Shown: positions 38,435 through 52,821 of the stretch, piece by piece
Layout of the letters: every line of letters starts with the position of its first letter
How positions within the stretch are numbered: position 1 is the stretch's first letter
Assembly (NCBI GenBank): GCA_951406725.2
Contig: OX597815.1
Coordinates: 34,286,001 to 34,350,000 of the forward strand
DNA length: 64,000 bases
Source of the DNA: Octopus vulgaris
Lineage: Eukaryota
Direction of reading: 5' to 3'
Made by a program: the position numbers and the translations under genes
Notes under the pieces: model-generated
Told to the model about the DNA's origin: nothing
Databases searched by the model: none
The model's input: only the letters and a program-made list of their open reading frames with translations

Positions 38435-38597
38435 GGCGCGCTTCTTTCAGTTTCCGTCTACCAAATCCACTCAGAAGGTTTTGGTCGGTCCGAACCTATA
38501 GTATGAAGACACTTGCTCAAGATGCCACGTAGTTGGACTGAACCCGGAACCATGTGGTTGATAAGCAAGCTACTTACCACTCAGCCACCTCTACGCC
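38435..38597 (-). mobile_element. SINE family A 5' half (split copy)
   Basis: CTTCTTTCAGTTTCCGTCTACCAAATCC to CAGCCAC..GCC. Confidence 0.85.
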
Positions 38598-38844
38598 TAT
38601 ACTGTCACAATATTTAAAGAAAGATACTTTTTTAAAGATTATTTTAATGTAAAAAGCAAAATATCATAATCTTATGAAAAGACCTTTACGTATAGTGTTT
38701 GTGACATTTCTTTTGCTTGAATAATTAATTTTTTTTTAAGTTGTTAACTTTTGAAAAATATTTCTTTAAATGTATAGATAACGTAGCAGTTCGACACAAA
38801 AAGACCGTTAGTGTATGTACCAGGCTTATACAAAAAAAAGGTGC

Positions 38845-39102
38845 TTTCCCTCCCCCCGCCATCGCTTGACAACCGATAATGGTGTGTTTACGTCTCTGTA
38901 ATCTGGTGGTTCGGTAGGAGAGACCGATAGAATAAGCACCAGGCTTACAAAGAATAAGTCCAGGGGTCTAAAAGGCGTATCCCACCATGACGACAGCCAA
39001 TTGACTGAAACATGTGAAAGAGTAAAAAAGTAAAAGAGTAAAAAAGTAAAAGAGTAAAAAAGTAAAAGAGTAAAAAAGTAAAAGAGTAAAAAAGTAAGAG
39101 TA
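38845..39102 (+). mobile_element. SINE family A 3' half with expanded 15-bp tail repeat
   Basis: CATCGCTTGACAACCGAT..GACTGAAAC followed by (AAAGAGTAAAAAAGT)n. Confidence 0.8.
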
Positions 39103-39343
39103 AGCAAATGTAAAAGTTAATATATGTATAAAAATGTGTGTGTGTGTGTGTAAGAATAAGAGTGAGAGTGAGAGAAAGAGAGACAGATGAATGCGCACTT
39201 TTATATCACACATATATACACAACACATGCACATACATACATACATACATACATACATACATACATACATACATACATACATACATGTATGTATGTATGT
39301 ATGTATATGTATGTATATATGTATGTATATGCATGCATGTATG

Positions 39344-39394
<51 letters not shown>

Positions 39395-39848
39395 ACTTCG
39401 ACTTAAGCAGTATAATTTTAGGTCCTCTAAGCGAGATATTTAATCAGTGAGCGTACACAGTGTCTCAGAATGTGGTTGGTGCCATAACGTTATATCGACG
39501 TGAAGTAGACAAAAAGAATATACCTGAAATATAGTACACAAATAGAATATGGCAAATAACGCATTCACACACACACACACGCTCACACACATACACACAT
39601 ACACACATGCACATAGGTATGTATGTATGTATGTATGTATGTATGTATGTATGTATGCATGCATGCATGTATGTATGTATGTATGTATGTATGTATGTAT
39701 GTATGTATGTATGCATGCATGTATGTATGTATGTATGTATGTATGTATGTATGCATGCATGCATGTATGTATGTATGTATGTATGTATGTATGTATGTAT
39801 GTGCGTATCTGTGCATATATTTTAAATGATTAATACGGAAGATAGAGA

Positions 39849-39885
<37 letters not shown>

Positions 39886-39936
39886 TGTGTGTATATTTAT
39901 ATGTGTGTGAGTGTGTGTGTGTGTGTGTGTGCGTGT

Positions 39937-39981
<45 letters not shown>

Positions 39982-40836
39982 TACGTATGCATGTACACTG
40001 CCGTATGTGTTTATGAAAACATACAAATGGAGGTAATTAGATACATGGTTCAACATTTAACTATACCACTCCATTGTTGCCGGATTACCAACAAAACAAG
40101 ACTTTTCTTTTACTTGTGTTAATCGTATTTTTTTTCTTGAAAGAAAGAAGAACTTAACATAACTTATATATGCACTACTCTACACGAGGTACCTGAATTT
40201 AGCGATAGCGTGCATTGGTTCCGAGTTAAAGGCGTTGCATAAGAAAATAAATCATATTCACCAACAACACATGTTTAACAAATAAAAGAAAGAAACCTTA
40301 TAAAATTTCATGCTTTTTGAGAAAGAAACAAGAAATCTGTATTGTAATTGGATAGATTAAGTTTAAGCTCAAAATATCTACCATTTTCTAATCAAATGGA
40401 AATATGACAGTCACAGTAAAGATATGACATTCGTAGAAGGGGCTGTTTTATAACATTTCAGATTATTGCTTAAATCTAAATTTTCTTTTTTATCCAACTT
40501 TTATTTCATTATTTCTTTTTTTATTTGTTTTAGTCATGCTGGACACCACTTTGCATGGTTTTAGCCGAATGAATCGAACCAAGTAGCCATGTTTGTGTGT
40601 GTGTGTGTGTGTGCGTGCGTGTATAAATATAAATTAGAAATAGAAACCAAAACAATTAAATAATTTAATCATTAATGCACTTTTATTATTTTATACAAAC
40701 AAACGTCACATCTCGTAAATTACAGCTGTTTCAACACCATTAATAAAAACAATTAATAAAAATATCGTGTAAATGTAATGAGGTTTCATTAGATAGATAT
40801 CTTCTCAAATATATCACGAAAAAATGTGCGTGTGTG

Positions 40837-40870
<34 letters not shown>

Positions 40871-40879
40871 AATAATATT

Positions 40880-41471
40880 AGGGAGTATATCTCCAAACTT
40901 ACAGGGAAAAATTCAATTTAGTATTAAATCAAATTTCACAATATAAAATATAAATTAGAGATAAAATCACTATTATACAACTCAAACAGTAATAGGCAAA
41001 AACCAAAACATAAATAACAAATAACGATATTTTTATAAAACATATAACTAGATCTCAAAAAGTATAAAATCTAAATTTGAAACTTAGAACATTAGGATTA
41101 GTTTCCTACAACACATTTATAAAATAATAATTTCTCTATAAGAAAAAATATTATATTATTTATTTTTTAAATAAATATTGTTTAACTCTATTTGCTTATT
41201 TATTTAACTATTATTGTTAACCTGAAGATTGACAATAATTTTAAATTGAATCCATTTCAATAAAATTTAAATTTAATTGTAATTCGAACTGGATTGTAGC
41301 CATGAAACGTACGTAGTTTTTTTACTTATCATATATTGATTATTCATTTTTATACTTTTTGAGATCTAGTTATATGTTTTATAAAGATATATATTATTTG
41401 TTATTTATGTTTTAGTTTATGTCTATCACTGTTTGAGTAGCATAATAGTGGTTTTATCTCTAATTTATATT
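40880..41471 (+). mobile_element. Penelope-type insertion: pseudo-LTR plus inverted partial copy
   Basis: 40948-41070 is the reverse complement of 41347-41470; hammerhead at 41219-41318. Confidence 0.7.
41219..41318 (+). ncRNA. type I hammerhead ribozyme motif with long helix II
   Basis: AAC-CTGAAGA-[75 nt; ACAAT/ATTGT]-GAAA-CGTACG-TA-GTT. Confidence 0.65.
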
Positions 41472-41499
41472 GTGTGTATGTATATATACACACACACAC

Positions 41500-41553
<54 letters not shown>

Positions 41554-41707
41554 TCACACATGCACACATATAAATACTTACTTTATCAGTATCTTATGTT
41601 TTTCCGAATGGCTAAGTTAGGAAAACAAACCAACACCAATTGTCAAAAAGCCGTCATGGGGACAAACAAGAATTTTAAAATACGCACACACACACACGCA
41701 CAACACA

Positions 41708-41778
<71 letters not shown>

Positions 41779-44484
41779 TTCGTCTATCAAACCTTTTCAC
41801 AATGCTGCTCCTATAATTTCTTAACTAACAGTCATACTTGCGGCTATAACTTAGTAAAATATTTTGATTAAGTCAAATGAATATATGAATTAGTTCCTAT
41901 ATAAAGGAGTTGCTATTACTAAAGAGTTTAACGAGAGAATAGTGTTGCTTTCTCAATTCCTTGAACTGAAAATATTCACCATACATTTGGATATTGACTA
42001 AAGGAGTACCCATTGTTGTTGTTATTTAGTCCCCTTATCAGTCCTGATCATGTGTGTGTGTATTTCCGTATGTGTTCGTATGAGTTTGTGTTGCATGTGT
42101 ATGTGTGTGTGTGTGTTCGTCTATGATTCTTTGAGTTCTTACATTTATGCGTCTTTGACCCATGACCAAACAAACTTCAGCCCCAGTCATCCGGCTTTTG
42201 GGATATCTACGATTACTTTATGTAATTCCTCCTTTCCGTTCTTACGATATATGATTTAAGGACGTGATTTATTTTACTTTATCTAGGGGAAAAAAATGAA
42301 ATTAATGATAAAAAAATTAAATTTGCATGTTCTGCTACTTAACTTAGTTTAACTTAGAAGAGATTCTGTTCTCTTCTCAAGAAGCAAACTACGTGTTCGA
42401 AATAACATCCATTTCTTGCAGATCAAGTCGTCATATTGTTTCCTTCGTTAACTCGCGGTAGCCATTATCTTCTTTCATAGAAATGTCTGAAATTCTCTGT
42501 ATTCGCTTGTCAACAAAACGTCTTTTGAAATGAGATACTTCTGTGAATTATTAACTTAACACTTCTATAGATCAACATCGTATATTATCTGTTAATCAAT
42601 AGCTGGCATCTATATTACACGATGCTGATTCTATAAATGTGTTACTTTTCGTAAGACAATTGTGTAAAGCAGAAAGAGATTAGTTTCTAACTTGAGTCAA
42701 AGTTGTTGTTAAATTGCACATGACTAACGAGATGGGGCCATAATTAGGTAAATACTTCGTAAACAGATAAACTCTTGATGCTTAATTCGAAGACATCAGT
42801 GATGATATGTGTTAGGAGCCGGCGTTTTCGCTCAATCGGAAGAAAGTTACGTGTATACGAACGTGCGTGGCTTTGCGTATGTATGTATGTATGTATGTAT
42901 GTATGTATGTATGTATGTATGTATGTATGTATGTATGTATGTATGTATGTATGTATGTATGTATGTATGTATGTATGTATGTATGTGTGGATTCGTGTCA
43001 TGGTGTGCACGTGCGCGTGTTTGCATGTGTGTTCATGTGAGTGTATGTGAGTGTATGTGAGTCTCTATGTTTGTTCCATTTGTGTTCGTACGTATGTGTG
43101 TGTGTGCATGTGTATGCATGAGGGCGTATGTGTGTACGAGTGTGTGTGTGTGTGCGTGTGTGTGTTTGCGCGCTCGTTCGTGTATATTCAGCTGTATGTG
43201 TGTGCACGTGTGAGTACGCGTGTGTGCTCAGTATATGATGATAGAAGAACGGTAATTGCGTGAGTAGTATAGATTTTTATTATCCATTATCTTTCATATT
43301 TTTAATACTCTTTTCTTTGCGCTTGCATGCCTTCGTCAGATCTGCACTACGCCGTCTTTTTAAGAGGTCATCATATCTGAGGGGTCCAAAGTCCTCCAAT
43401 CTTACTGAAACACATTTTCCCGGTCGGTCTATGTCTATCAGGGATATAAAAGAATTTCAAACTTTATTAATTTGAATCATATATTTGAACCAACATAACG
43501 TCTCCTCTACATTTACATGTAAAACTTTGCCTTAAGGCCACGATGCCAGGGCAGAGACCTCCTCATTAAATTAGCATCGGTCATCCAATGGGCCATAATC
43601 AATTCATTCCTCAACTGCTAAAGCTTCGATGTATTCACAATCCGTGTTACGATAAACAATCATACTCTACCCTGAGGGAATACAAACAATTTCACACTTC
43701 TTTCACACGCTTCACATAGTCTGTCCGACTTGTGTATATACAGCGAAATGCTTGTAAGATTTATATCTGCATATAATAATTATATATCTCGTATGTATAT
43801 CAAATAAGTGTTACTGGCAGATACATGCAAATACGCAAGTGATTAATGTATTTGCGTATCTCTATGTATGCATGATAAGTATGTACATATTCACTTAATT
43901 TCTTGTACGGTTGAAATAGAATGTGGATCGTTGGACTATTAATTTAATTTTAGCCAAATTGATTACTTGGAAGCGATTCTATAGATCGATATATTAATTA
44001 GAAAGATTTTATTGATCAATATGTTAGTTTAACTAAATAATGTAATTACGGATTCTTCTATAGATTGCTTCTGATATGATATATTAACAGGAGACATTCC
44101 TGAGACTGCATCAATAAATTTAAGGAAAATAAGCTTCTGGTATCGATCACACGTTATTCTGCACTTTGAATGGCCGTCTTCTTGTAATGAGTCAAAAACA
44201 ATTCAGTCTGGTAGAGTTAATGACCAACAACTATGTCCACTTGTGCAGATACGTTACTGTAAAATGATAAGCGAAATATTTGTGGTTGCTATTGTGAATT
44301 CAGACAAGACGTTGAACTTTGCTGGCTGGGACCATGCTGCCACTACATAGTGCTATGGTAGAGCTGGAGTTATTCTGGATAGTTAGTTTACTTCAGTTTA
44401 TTTTCTCTCGAGCTTATTCATCCCACAACAAGTATGTCCAGTTTTACAGATATAAAATGTGAAACATTTACTGTTCCAACAGTG

Positions 44485-44678
44485 GTTTCACATTTTGGCA
44501 CAAAGCCAGTAATTTTAGTGGGAGGGTTCCAGTCGATTACATCGACCCTAATGATCAACTTGTACTTACTTTATCGACTTCGAGTGGCCGCGGAATCTCA
44601 ATTCAGAACGTGAAGAGCCGGAAGAATTGCCACTTTGCATTTTGTCCGACACACTAACGATTCTTCCAGCTTGCCACA
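44485..44678 (-). mobile_element. SINE family B, degenerate
   Basis: TTTTGGCACAAAGCCAG, GTCGATTACATCGACCC and CAGAACGT blocks. Confidence 0.7.
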
Positions 44679-45587
44679 TTTTTAATTCCAATAATGAATT
44701 GAAACCGGATTGTGGATTCAGTTTACCGAGAGCAAACTGCTACTGTACAACGCTATAGTGTAATTATTGTTATTTTAGTTTGTTGGTTTAATTAGCATTT
44801 ATCTTTCTTAACGGGCTTTTAATAAGTTAGCAGATACTGCTTTTATTTAGCTGCGATAAATCTCAGAAGGCTTATCGACAATCTCAGAAATCAGTTATCC
44901 GTAAGTTTTCTTCAGAAATTTTCAAACACGCTATGTTTAAATTTCTTTAAGCAATGCTGAATCATACGTTAACTTTTCGAATACTAGATTCTTACAAAGA
45001 AATACCATTCCAAAATTTACAAAAAAAAATTACCCAAAAAAACATAGAATTCACAGTGAGAAATATTTCTAAGAAAAATTCATAAAGAAAAAAAATTAAC
45101 GTTACTTGTTACAAAACATAAACATATTCGTAACAGTTTGCGATAATATTTCATTGATTCAAAAATTTTTATTTCCACCTTCAATTCTGAGGTGCTGCAG
45201 AATTCTGTAGAATTCTCACCTATATACGATAGAAAACCAATAGTAGATAGCATGTGAGAAGCATGGACATAATGGCGAAATTGGGTCAATTCCCATTGAG
45301 TCAACACCAACTGAGGCAGGTTTAACAAAAGTGGGAATTAATTGATTTTCGTTAGGAAATTCTTCACTTTTATAAGTTTTCTTGTTGAAGTATGAATTTT
45401 ATTGTTAATTCTTTATCTCATTCAATCTTAGCTTCATTACATACATCATACCTTCCGCTTTTTCTTTGTCTTATTTCTCCCTTTTTTTTTTTTACTTTGA
45501 GAGTTTCTTTTGTCTGGAGAGGTTTTTGCTTCGGTTTGCTTTCTCCCCTCTTATTATTGTTTACTTATTCCTACATTTTATTTATAC

Positions 45588-45975
45588 ATCAACACCTCCA
45601 CCACCACCACCACCACCACCACCACCACCACCATCATCAACACCACCATCATCAACACCACCATCAACACCAACACCACCATCACCAACACCACCACCAA
45701 CAACACCAACACCACCACCAACACCACCATCACCAACACCACCACCAACACCACCACCACCACCACCACAACTACTGCCATTATCATCATCAACGTCATC
45801 CTCCTCCTCCTCCTATCATCATCATCATTTTTATGATGATCATCATCACAACCACCACCATCATTATCACCATCATTATCACCATCATCATCACTACCAC
45901 CGCCATCACAGTCACCACCAGCATAACGTTCATCATCATCATTATCATCATCATCATGAACATCAACAACAACAA
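45588..45975. repeat. (CAC/CAA/CAT)n trinucleotide low-complexity tract
   Basis: Directly visible. Confidence 0.9.
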
Positions 45976-46675
45976 CAAAAATAAAAAAAAGCAACAAAAA
46001 CAATAACGAAAACGAAAGCAACCACAAAGGCAACAACAAAAACAACAGTCGTATTTGTTGTTTATTTATTTTCTGCCATATTGTTTACTGTAGTGTTGTT
46101 TGTTAATCAGCTTATGATGCTTGTAGCGGTGTTGTATGGTGCTTCTGTGTTTCAATGATACCGTTAGTGGTGTACAGATATACAGAGATTCCAGCGTGAT
46201 CCTGCTGCTAAGAGGGATTTCCAATAATTCTAAGATATGTTGAGTGTGTTATCACTGTTTCTATACCGGCATCACACTGACTACTACTTATACTACCACC
46301 AACACTACCTCTACCCCTATCATTATCAACAATTGCCACCATAACAACGATATAAAGAAACGTCATGACAACTTATACGGCGATTATCAATATGGCCACT
46401 ACACCACGCCATACCACACCTCATCTCAGTTTCCGTCTTAGACATCGTCATTACAACACCAACAGCAGCAGCAGCAACAACAACAACAAGAATATCCAAC
46501 ATCATATATAATTTCATCACGTGTGCTACTATGACCAACACTCCCACTTGTACTAACCACCCGCATTACAACATCCGCTGCCACACGTTTGAAGCACATC
46601 CATCTCCTTCCTACACACCACTGAAATCACCTGCCTCCAGTGCCACCACGACCACCACTGCTACCACCACTACTG

Positions 46676-46738
<63 letters not shown>

Positions 46739-46909
46739 TCAAAGGATACCAACACCTGTGTGGCAATCACCACTACCACTCGCGACTCAAACTACCACGA
46801 CCACCATCAACAAAAACCAACGACAACAAAGCCGTAATTAACACAAGAGGAACAACGTATAACAACAGCAATAAGGAAAAAACAAATGACATTAATAAAA
46901 TTTATAAAA

Positions 46910-46966
<57 letters not shown>

Positions 46967-47016
46967 AATAATAATAGTAGTGATAATGAAGATAATGATG
47001 ATAATGAAGAATAATG

Positions 47017-47055
<39 letters not shown>

Positions 47056-47225
47056 CAACAAATGATAAAAGTTCATCCAATTATAATTAGAAATAATTAT
47101 CACTACAAAATCCAATCACATTGCTAAGCATTACACTCACACCGAAACACGCACAGAAATTCTCTCTCACAAACCTTTTTCTCTATTTCCATTCCTTTCT
47201 CTCCCCCTCTCTCCCTCTCCCCTCT

Positions 47226-47266
<41 letters not shown>

Positions 47267-47610
47267 TACATATATATGTATATATGCATGTATGTATCTG
47301 GGTATATGTATCTGTGTGCATTTGTGCGATGGTGTGTGTTTCTGTGTGTATAAAAGTACGTGTGCATATGTATATATGCACACGCGCATACATAATGTAT
47401 ATATGTACATATATGTATTTATTTATATGTATGTATATATCTGAATATACATGTACACGTTTATATATACTAGGATACACACACACATACATATATATAT
47501 GCCTATATATACATATATACATATATATTTATATATACATATATATACATGCATACATATATATATATATATATATGTATACATATACATATATATATAT
47601 ATACATACAT

Positions 47611-47770
47611 CTCTCTCTATATAAACGGCAGTTTGTCTGTGCGTTTTCTGTGTGTCTGTTTTCTCGTACCCTCACTCTGACCACGGCTCTCAACCGATTC
47701 TGATGAAACTTGACACACACATAGCCCAATGTCATAATTCAAAACTAACGCAGCGAAAATTTTGAAAAGT
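47611..47770 (+). mobile_element. Helitron-like 5' fragment
   Basis: TCTATATAAAC..TTTGTCTGTG start and AACCGATT..AAACTT motif. Confidence 0.5.
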
Positions 47771-48229
47771 TGCATGTATGTATCTGGATGTATGTATCTG
47801 TGTGCATTTGTGCGTTGGTGTGTGTGTCCGTGTGTATAAATGTACGCGTGTATATGTATATATGCACACGCGCATACATAATGTATATATGTACATATAT
47901 GTATTTATTTATATGTATGTATATATCTGAATATACATGTACACGTTTATATATACTAGGATACACACACACATACACACACATACATATATATATGCCT
48001 ATATATACATATATATTTATATATACATATATATACATGCATATATATATATACATATATATATATACATACATATATATATATATATGCATACATATAT
48101 GCATATATATATATATATATACATCTATACATATACATCTATTTATATACATATACATATATTTATACATACATATACATGTGCAGATGTATATACACAT
48201 ATATACATGCATGTATATATATATATATA

Positions 48230-48280
<51 letters not shown>

Positions 48281-48309
48281 TATATATATATGCATGTATA
48301 TATGTGAGA

Positions 48310-48585
48310 TAATAGTTTCACTTTTAAAATTTTCAGTATTAATAGTGAAAGTATTATCTCACATTACAATAGAAATCTTTTTGTTTCACTTTCGATACGT
48401 GATACTATAATAGTGTAAAAGACAAGACATTGCTTCGTGCTCGGATTAGGCAAAAAGTTAAAAATTTTTTGGGCCCATGACACTGCATGGACCCTAAATA
48501 AAGCACGTGTAAAATTTGAATGAAATCGGTTCGGTGTTCTCGAGTTTTAGTGATGCACACATACAGACACACAGACAGACACAGA

Positions 48586-48590
<5 letters not shown>
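48310..48590 (-). mobile_element. Helitron-like fragment
   Basis: Minus strand GTCTGTGTGTCTGT..AACCGATTTCATTCAAATTTTACAC, same architecture as 47611-47770. Confidence 0.4.
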
Positions 48591-48624
<34 letters not shown>

Positions 48625-48626
<2 letters not shown>

Positions 48627-48957
48627 ACAAGTGTGTAGAAGTCATGCTTGGATTCACAATACAACACACTATCCAAGATATAGCCCTACTAGGAACAACC
48701 CACATCTTACGCAGGACTATCAATTCAGTAGCATAACGCAAATAGAATAATCCAGACACAATGCGCACACTATACAGTAAATATCCAATAAACGTAAACA
48801 ACCTCCAAAACATGTACTTTATAGGTCGGATATACAGCAGAAGAACACAACTCGTATTATCCAAACACTACACAATACAAACACTAATACAACAAACTGA
48901 TGCAATAAAGTACCGGGAAGAATTTGTACTCCCTTAAACGCCAACAAAAACAATAAC
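48625..48957 (+). mobile_element. R4/Dong-type 3' end fragment
   Basis: IQDIALLGTTHILRR followed by a putative 3'UTR. Confidence 0.55.
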
Positions 48958-48959
48958 AT

Positions 48960-50116
48960 ACAATGTTGAACACACATCGACAACACGGAGATGTAGCAGG
49001 TGATGCAGTAGGAATTTGCCTGAAACTATCACATATCGAATGACAACTGGATGAAAAGGTTTGGTGAATGTCATGCACGAATAGCTGCGCAACTCAACAC
49101 CTTGTTAAATACCAACCAAGTAACACCAGAGTGGTTGACATTGGTAGGACAGTGCTGTGCCTGAAAAACATCGAAAAAGGCAATACGGTAGACAATTACA
49201 GGCCGATATCCTGTTTGCCACTTATGTGGAAATTATTGACTGGAATACTCGCAGAGTCAATGTACGAACATCTGGAAAAAAGTGGAGTCCTGTTACATGA
49301 ACAGAAGGGTTGCAAGTGTAAGTGCAGAGGTACAAAGCATCAACTCCTGATAGACAAAACTGTACTTAGAGACTACAAGAGGAGGAAAAGTAACTTAGCC
49401 ATGTCATGGATCGACTATCGTAAGGCGTACGATATGATCCCACATTCTTGGATTATGGAGTGTATGAACCTACTTGATATTGCATCGAATATTGAGCGAT
49501 TGTTTGGAAAAAGTATGGCGAATTGGAGGACGGACCTGACAGCAAACGGAAGAAGTTTAGGGACAGTAGAAATTAGGAGGGGCATCTTCCAAGGGGACTG
49601 CCTGTCCCCACTGATCTTTGTACTGTGCTTGATACCACTAACACTGATTCTGAGGAAAGCAAAATCTGGGTATGTATTCAAAAGCCGCCAACAAAAAGTC
49701 AAACATTTGTTATTCATGGATGACCTCAAACTTTTTGGTAAAGATTAAGCCCAAATCAGTTACCTCGTTGATACGGTGTATACCTTCAGTGCTGATATCA
49801 TAATGGAGTTCGGACTGAGGAAGTGTGGTGTGTTAGTCTTGAAGAGAGGCAAAATCAAATGTATGCACGATACCGTGGGGGGAGGTTATGAAGCAGATAG
49901 AAGAGAAGTGCTATAAGTAGTTGGGGATTTTAGAAATGGATAAATTGATGGAGAAAGAAATGACAGAAAAATTTAAGGTGGAGTACTTGTGCAGACTGAT
50001 ACTGATCCTCGAATACTCCGGAAGGTGCTCGAAAAATAAGAGGTGTTACCTTAGTTCACTGGTAGTGAACAGCTGACTCTGAAATACATATCCAGCGTTA
50101 GAAGTTGTGCAGAGGC

Positions 50117-50117
<1 letters not shown>
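48960..50117 (+). mobile_element. R4/Dong-type element (RT region) with internal deletion, ending in (TAA)n
   Basis: [55 protein letters not shown]; 3'UTR matches 32355-32430. Confidence 0.92.
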
Positions 50118-50193
<76 letters not shown>

Positions 50194-50278
50194 TGATGAT
50201 GATGATGATGATAATTTATTAACCACAAAAGTTTAAATTAAGAAAAGCATTATGGACAGCATAAGATAAAACAAAGAA

Positions 50279-50312
<34 letters not shown>

Positions 50313-50429
50313 TATTGTTGTGAGGGTATTGCGTGTAAACAAGAAAGTGATAGTATACAACTCGCTACTATGAAAGGAAAAATAAGGAAGGAGTACTATT
50401 GAAGAATAAGACACTGAAAACTGATCCCA

Positions 50430-50646
50430 ACTCGAAAATCGCATCTAAGCCATTAACACCCTGGCACTTCAAATAGTCCAATGCTGTTTTAACATCATTA
50501 ACTGAAATCCTATGTAGCTTCAACACCTGGAGAGGAAGACAAGAAAACTACTATTATCTAAGAACATGCACCACCCAAAAACAAACGTTGATCGTCTATA
50601 CCTACCTAGAAGTAAAAAGGGGAGAAGAATGATGCAGGTAGAACTG
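50430..50646 (+). mobile_element. R4/Dong-type fragment of a different subfamily
   Basis: AINTLA...ERKTRKLL...MHHPKTNVDRLYLPRSK. Confidence 0.75.
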
Positions 50647-50647
50647 T

Positions 50648-50805
50648 GCAACTCAACACCTTGTTAAATACCAACCAAGTAACACCATAGTGGTTGACAT
50701 TGGTAAGACAGTGCTGTGCCTGAAAAACATCGAAAAAGGCAATACGGTAGACAATTACAGGCCGATATCCTGTTTGCCCCTTATGTGGAAATTATTGACT
50801 GGAAT
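50648..50805 (+). repeat. local copy of 49089-49245
   Basis: Near-identical, including the same frameshift at GACATTGGTA. Confidence 0.85.
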
Positions 50806-51026
50806 GTGATTTGAACTAAAACTTGTTCATTCCATCTTCCTGTATTATAATTCTTTTTATATTAGAATTCTGCGTACAGTAATGGATTTCTGCGTGTATA
50901 TCCATAAATAATGCATCCTTGCAGTACGATGGATTTTGGTAGCCAATAACCGGAGAGGAGCTTTGAAATCCATGTTATAAGGTTATCATCCAGATGATAC
51001 ACATACATACATACATACATACATAC

Positions 51027-51061
<35 letters not shown>

Positions 51062-51103
51062 TATATATATATAGAGAGAGATAGGTGTATACATATATAT
51101 AAT

Positions 51104-51512
51104 CTTTACTCTTTTACTCTTTTACTTATTTCAGTCATTTGACTGCGGCCCTGCTGGAGCATCACCTTTGGTCGAGTAAATCGAACCCAGGACTTATTCT
51201 TTGTAAGTCTAATACTTATTCTATCAGTCTTTTGCTGAACCGCTAAGTTACGGGGACGTAAACACACCAGCATCAGTTGTCAAGCAATGGAGGGGGGGAC
51301 AAACACAGACACACAAACATATACACACATACATATACGTACATGTATCCGACGGGTTTCTTCCAGTTTCCGTCTACCAAATCCACTCACAAGGCTTTGG
51401 TCAGCCCGAGGCTATAGTAGAAGACACTTGCCCACGGTGCCATGCAGTGGCAATGAACCCGGAACCATGTGGTTGGTAAGCAAGCTACTTACCACACAGC
51501 CACTCCTGCGCC
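51104..51512 (-). mobile_element. SINE family A, full length
   Basis: Colinear with 1096-1508. Confidence 0.9.
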
Positions 51513-51613
51513 TATAAATATATATATACACTCTTACACACATGCACATTTTATATATTTATTTATATATAATAAATAATATATGACACATAATTTCCAT
51601 TTATCTATCCATC

Positions 51614-51661
<48 letters not shown>

Positions 51662-52236
51662 TCTCTCTCTCTCTCTCCATACACACACACACACACACAC
51701 ACAATAATATATAACGGGAAAGCGAAAGAAGAAAACGAAAGAAATGACAAAAGAATGAAAAATAGATAGGCATATTTGTTCATACTTAGGTATGTTTCAC
51801 ATTGATTGGGACCTGGGATGGCAAGGATGGAATGGAGAACACTTCATGTGAATTGCAAGATAAAAACAGAATCTACTTCTGCCGGGTTTATATTACTGAA
51901 GAATACTGAAGTGCTGCTTAAAAAGATATTCAATGAGCTATTGATTGACAAAGATGAGTTCTCCGGCAGAAAGAGGGAGGAAAAAAAGAGAGAGAGAACA
52001 ACACACGAATACACACAAACACATACATACATACACACACATGCAGACGCACACACCTATACATACACACATGTACATACATATATATGTATACATTTAG
52101 CTACATGTACATGTATATTAATGCTAGGGTTCTTAGTGACAAATAACAAATATTTACTGATGCAAGGACTCAATAATGGTATCAGAGTTAAATCTATATA
52201 TTGGGATTGAATTAACCTTTCAAAGCCTGCTCAATC

Positions 52237-52307
<71 letters not shown>

Positions 52308-52377
52308 CGTACTTACTCTTTCTCTCTCTTTCTCTGTGCACACACACTTTCTCTATGCACACACAGACACACACGCA

Positions 52378-52462
<85 letters not shown>

Positions 52463-52622
52463 ACACACACACATATTAATGTCTGTTTTTATGTTCAGTT
52501 ATAATAAAAACAATTTTACATGAATCTGATGAGTTACTCTATACTTTTGTAGAGTAGAAAATTATTATTCTTATAGAAGAATGTTGTAAACAATGACTTC
52601 GAAGTTTGGGCTAGCTAAGCCA

Positions 52623-52729
<107 letters not shown>

Positions 52730-52790
52730 GTCTGAGGAAAGTGAGGAAGCTGAGACTTTCAATGATTACCTAGTTAAGAATTGTGTGTGC

Positions 52791-52821
<31 letters not shown>

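Noticed and set aside
45392-46045. His-rich, Pro-rich and Thr-rich ORFs
   Set aside because: All frames are open because of the CAC/CAA/CAT repeat; no splice or domain evidence
47699-47710. CTGATGAAAC
   Set aside because: The two core words overlap with no helix II; part of a Helitron-like motif
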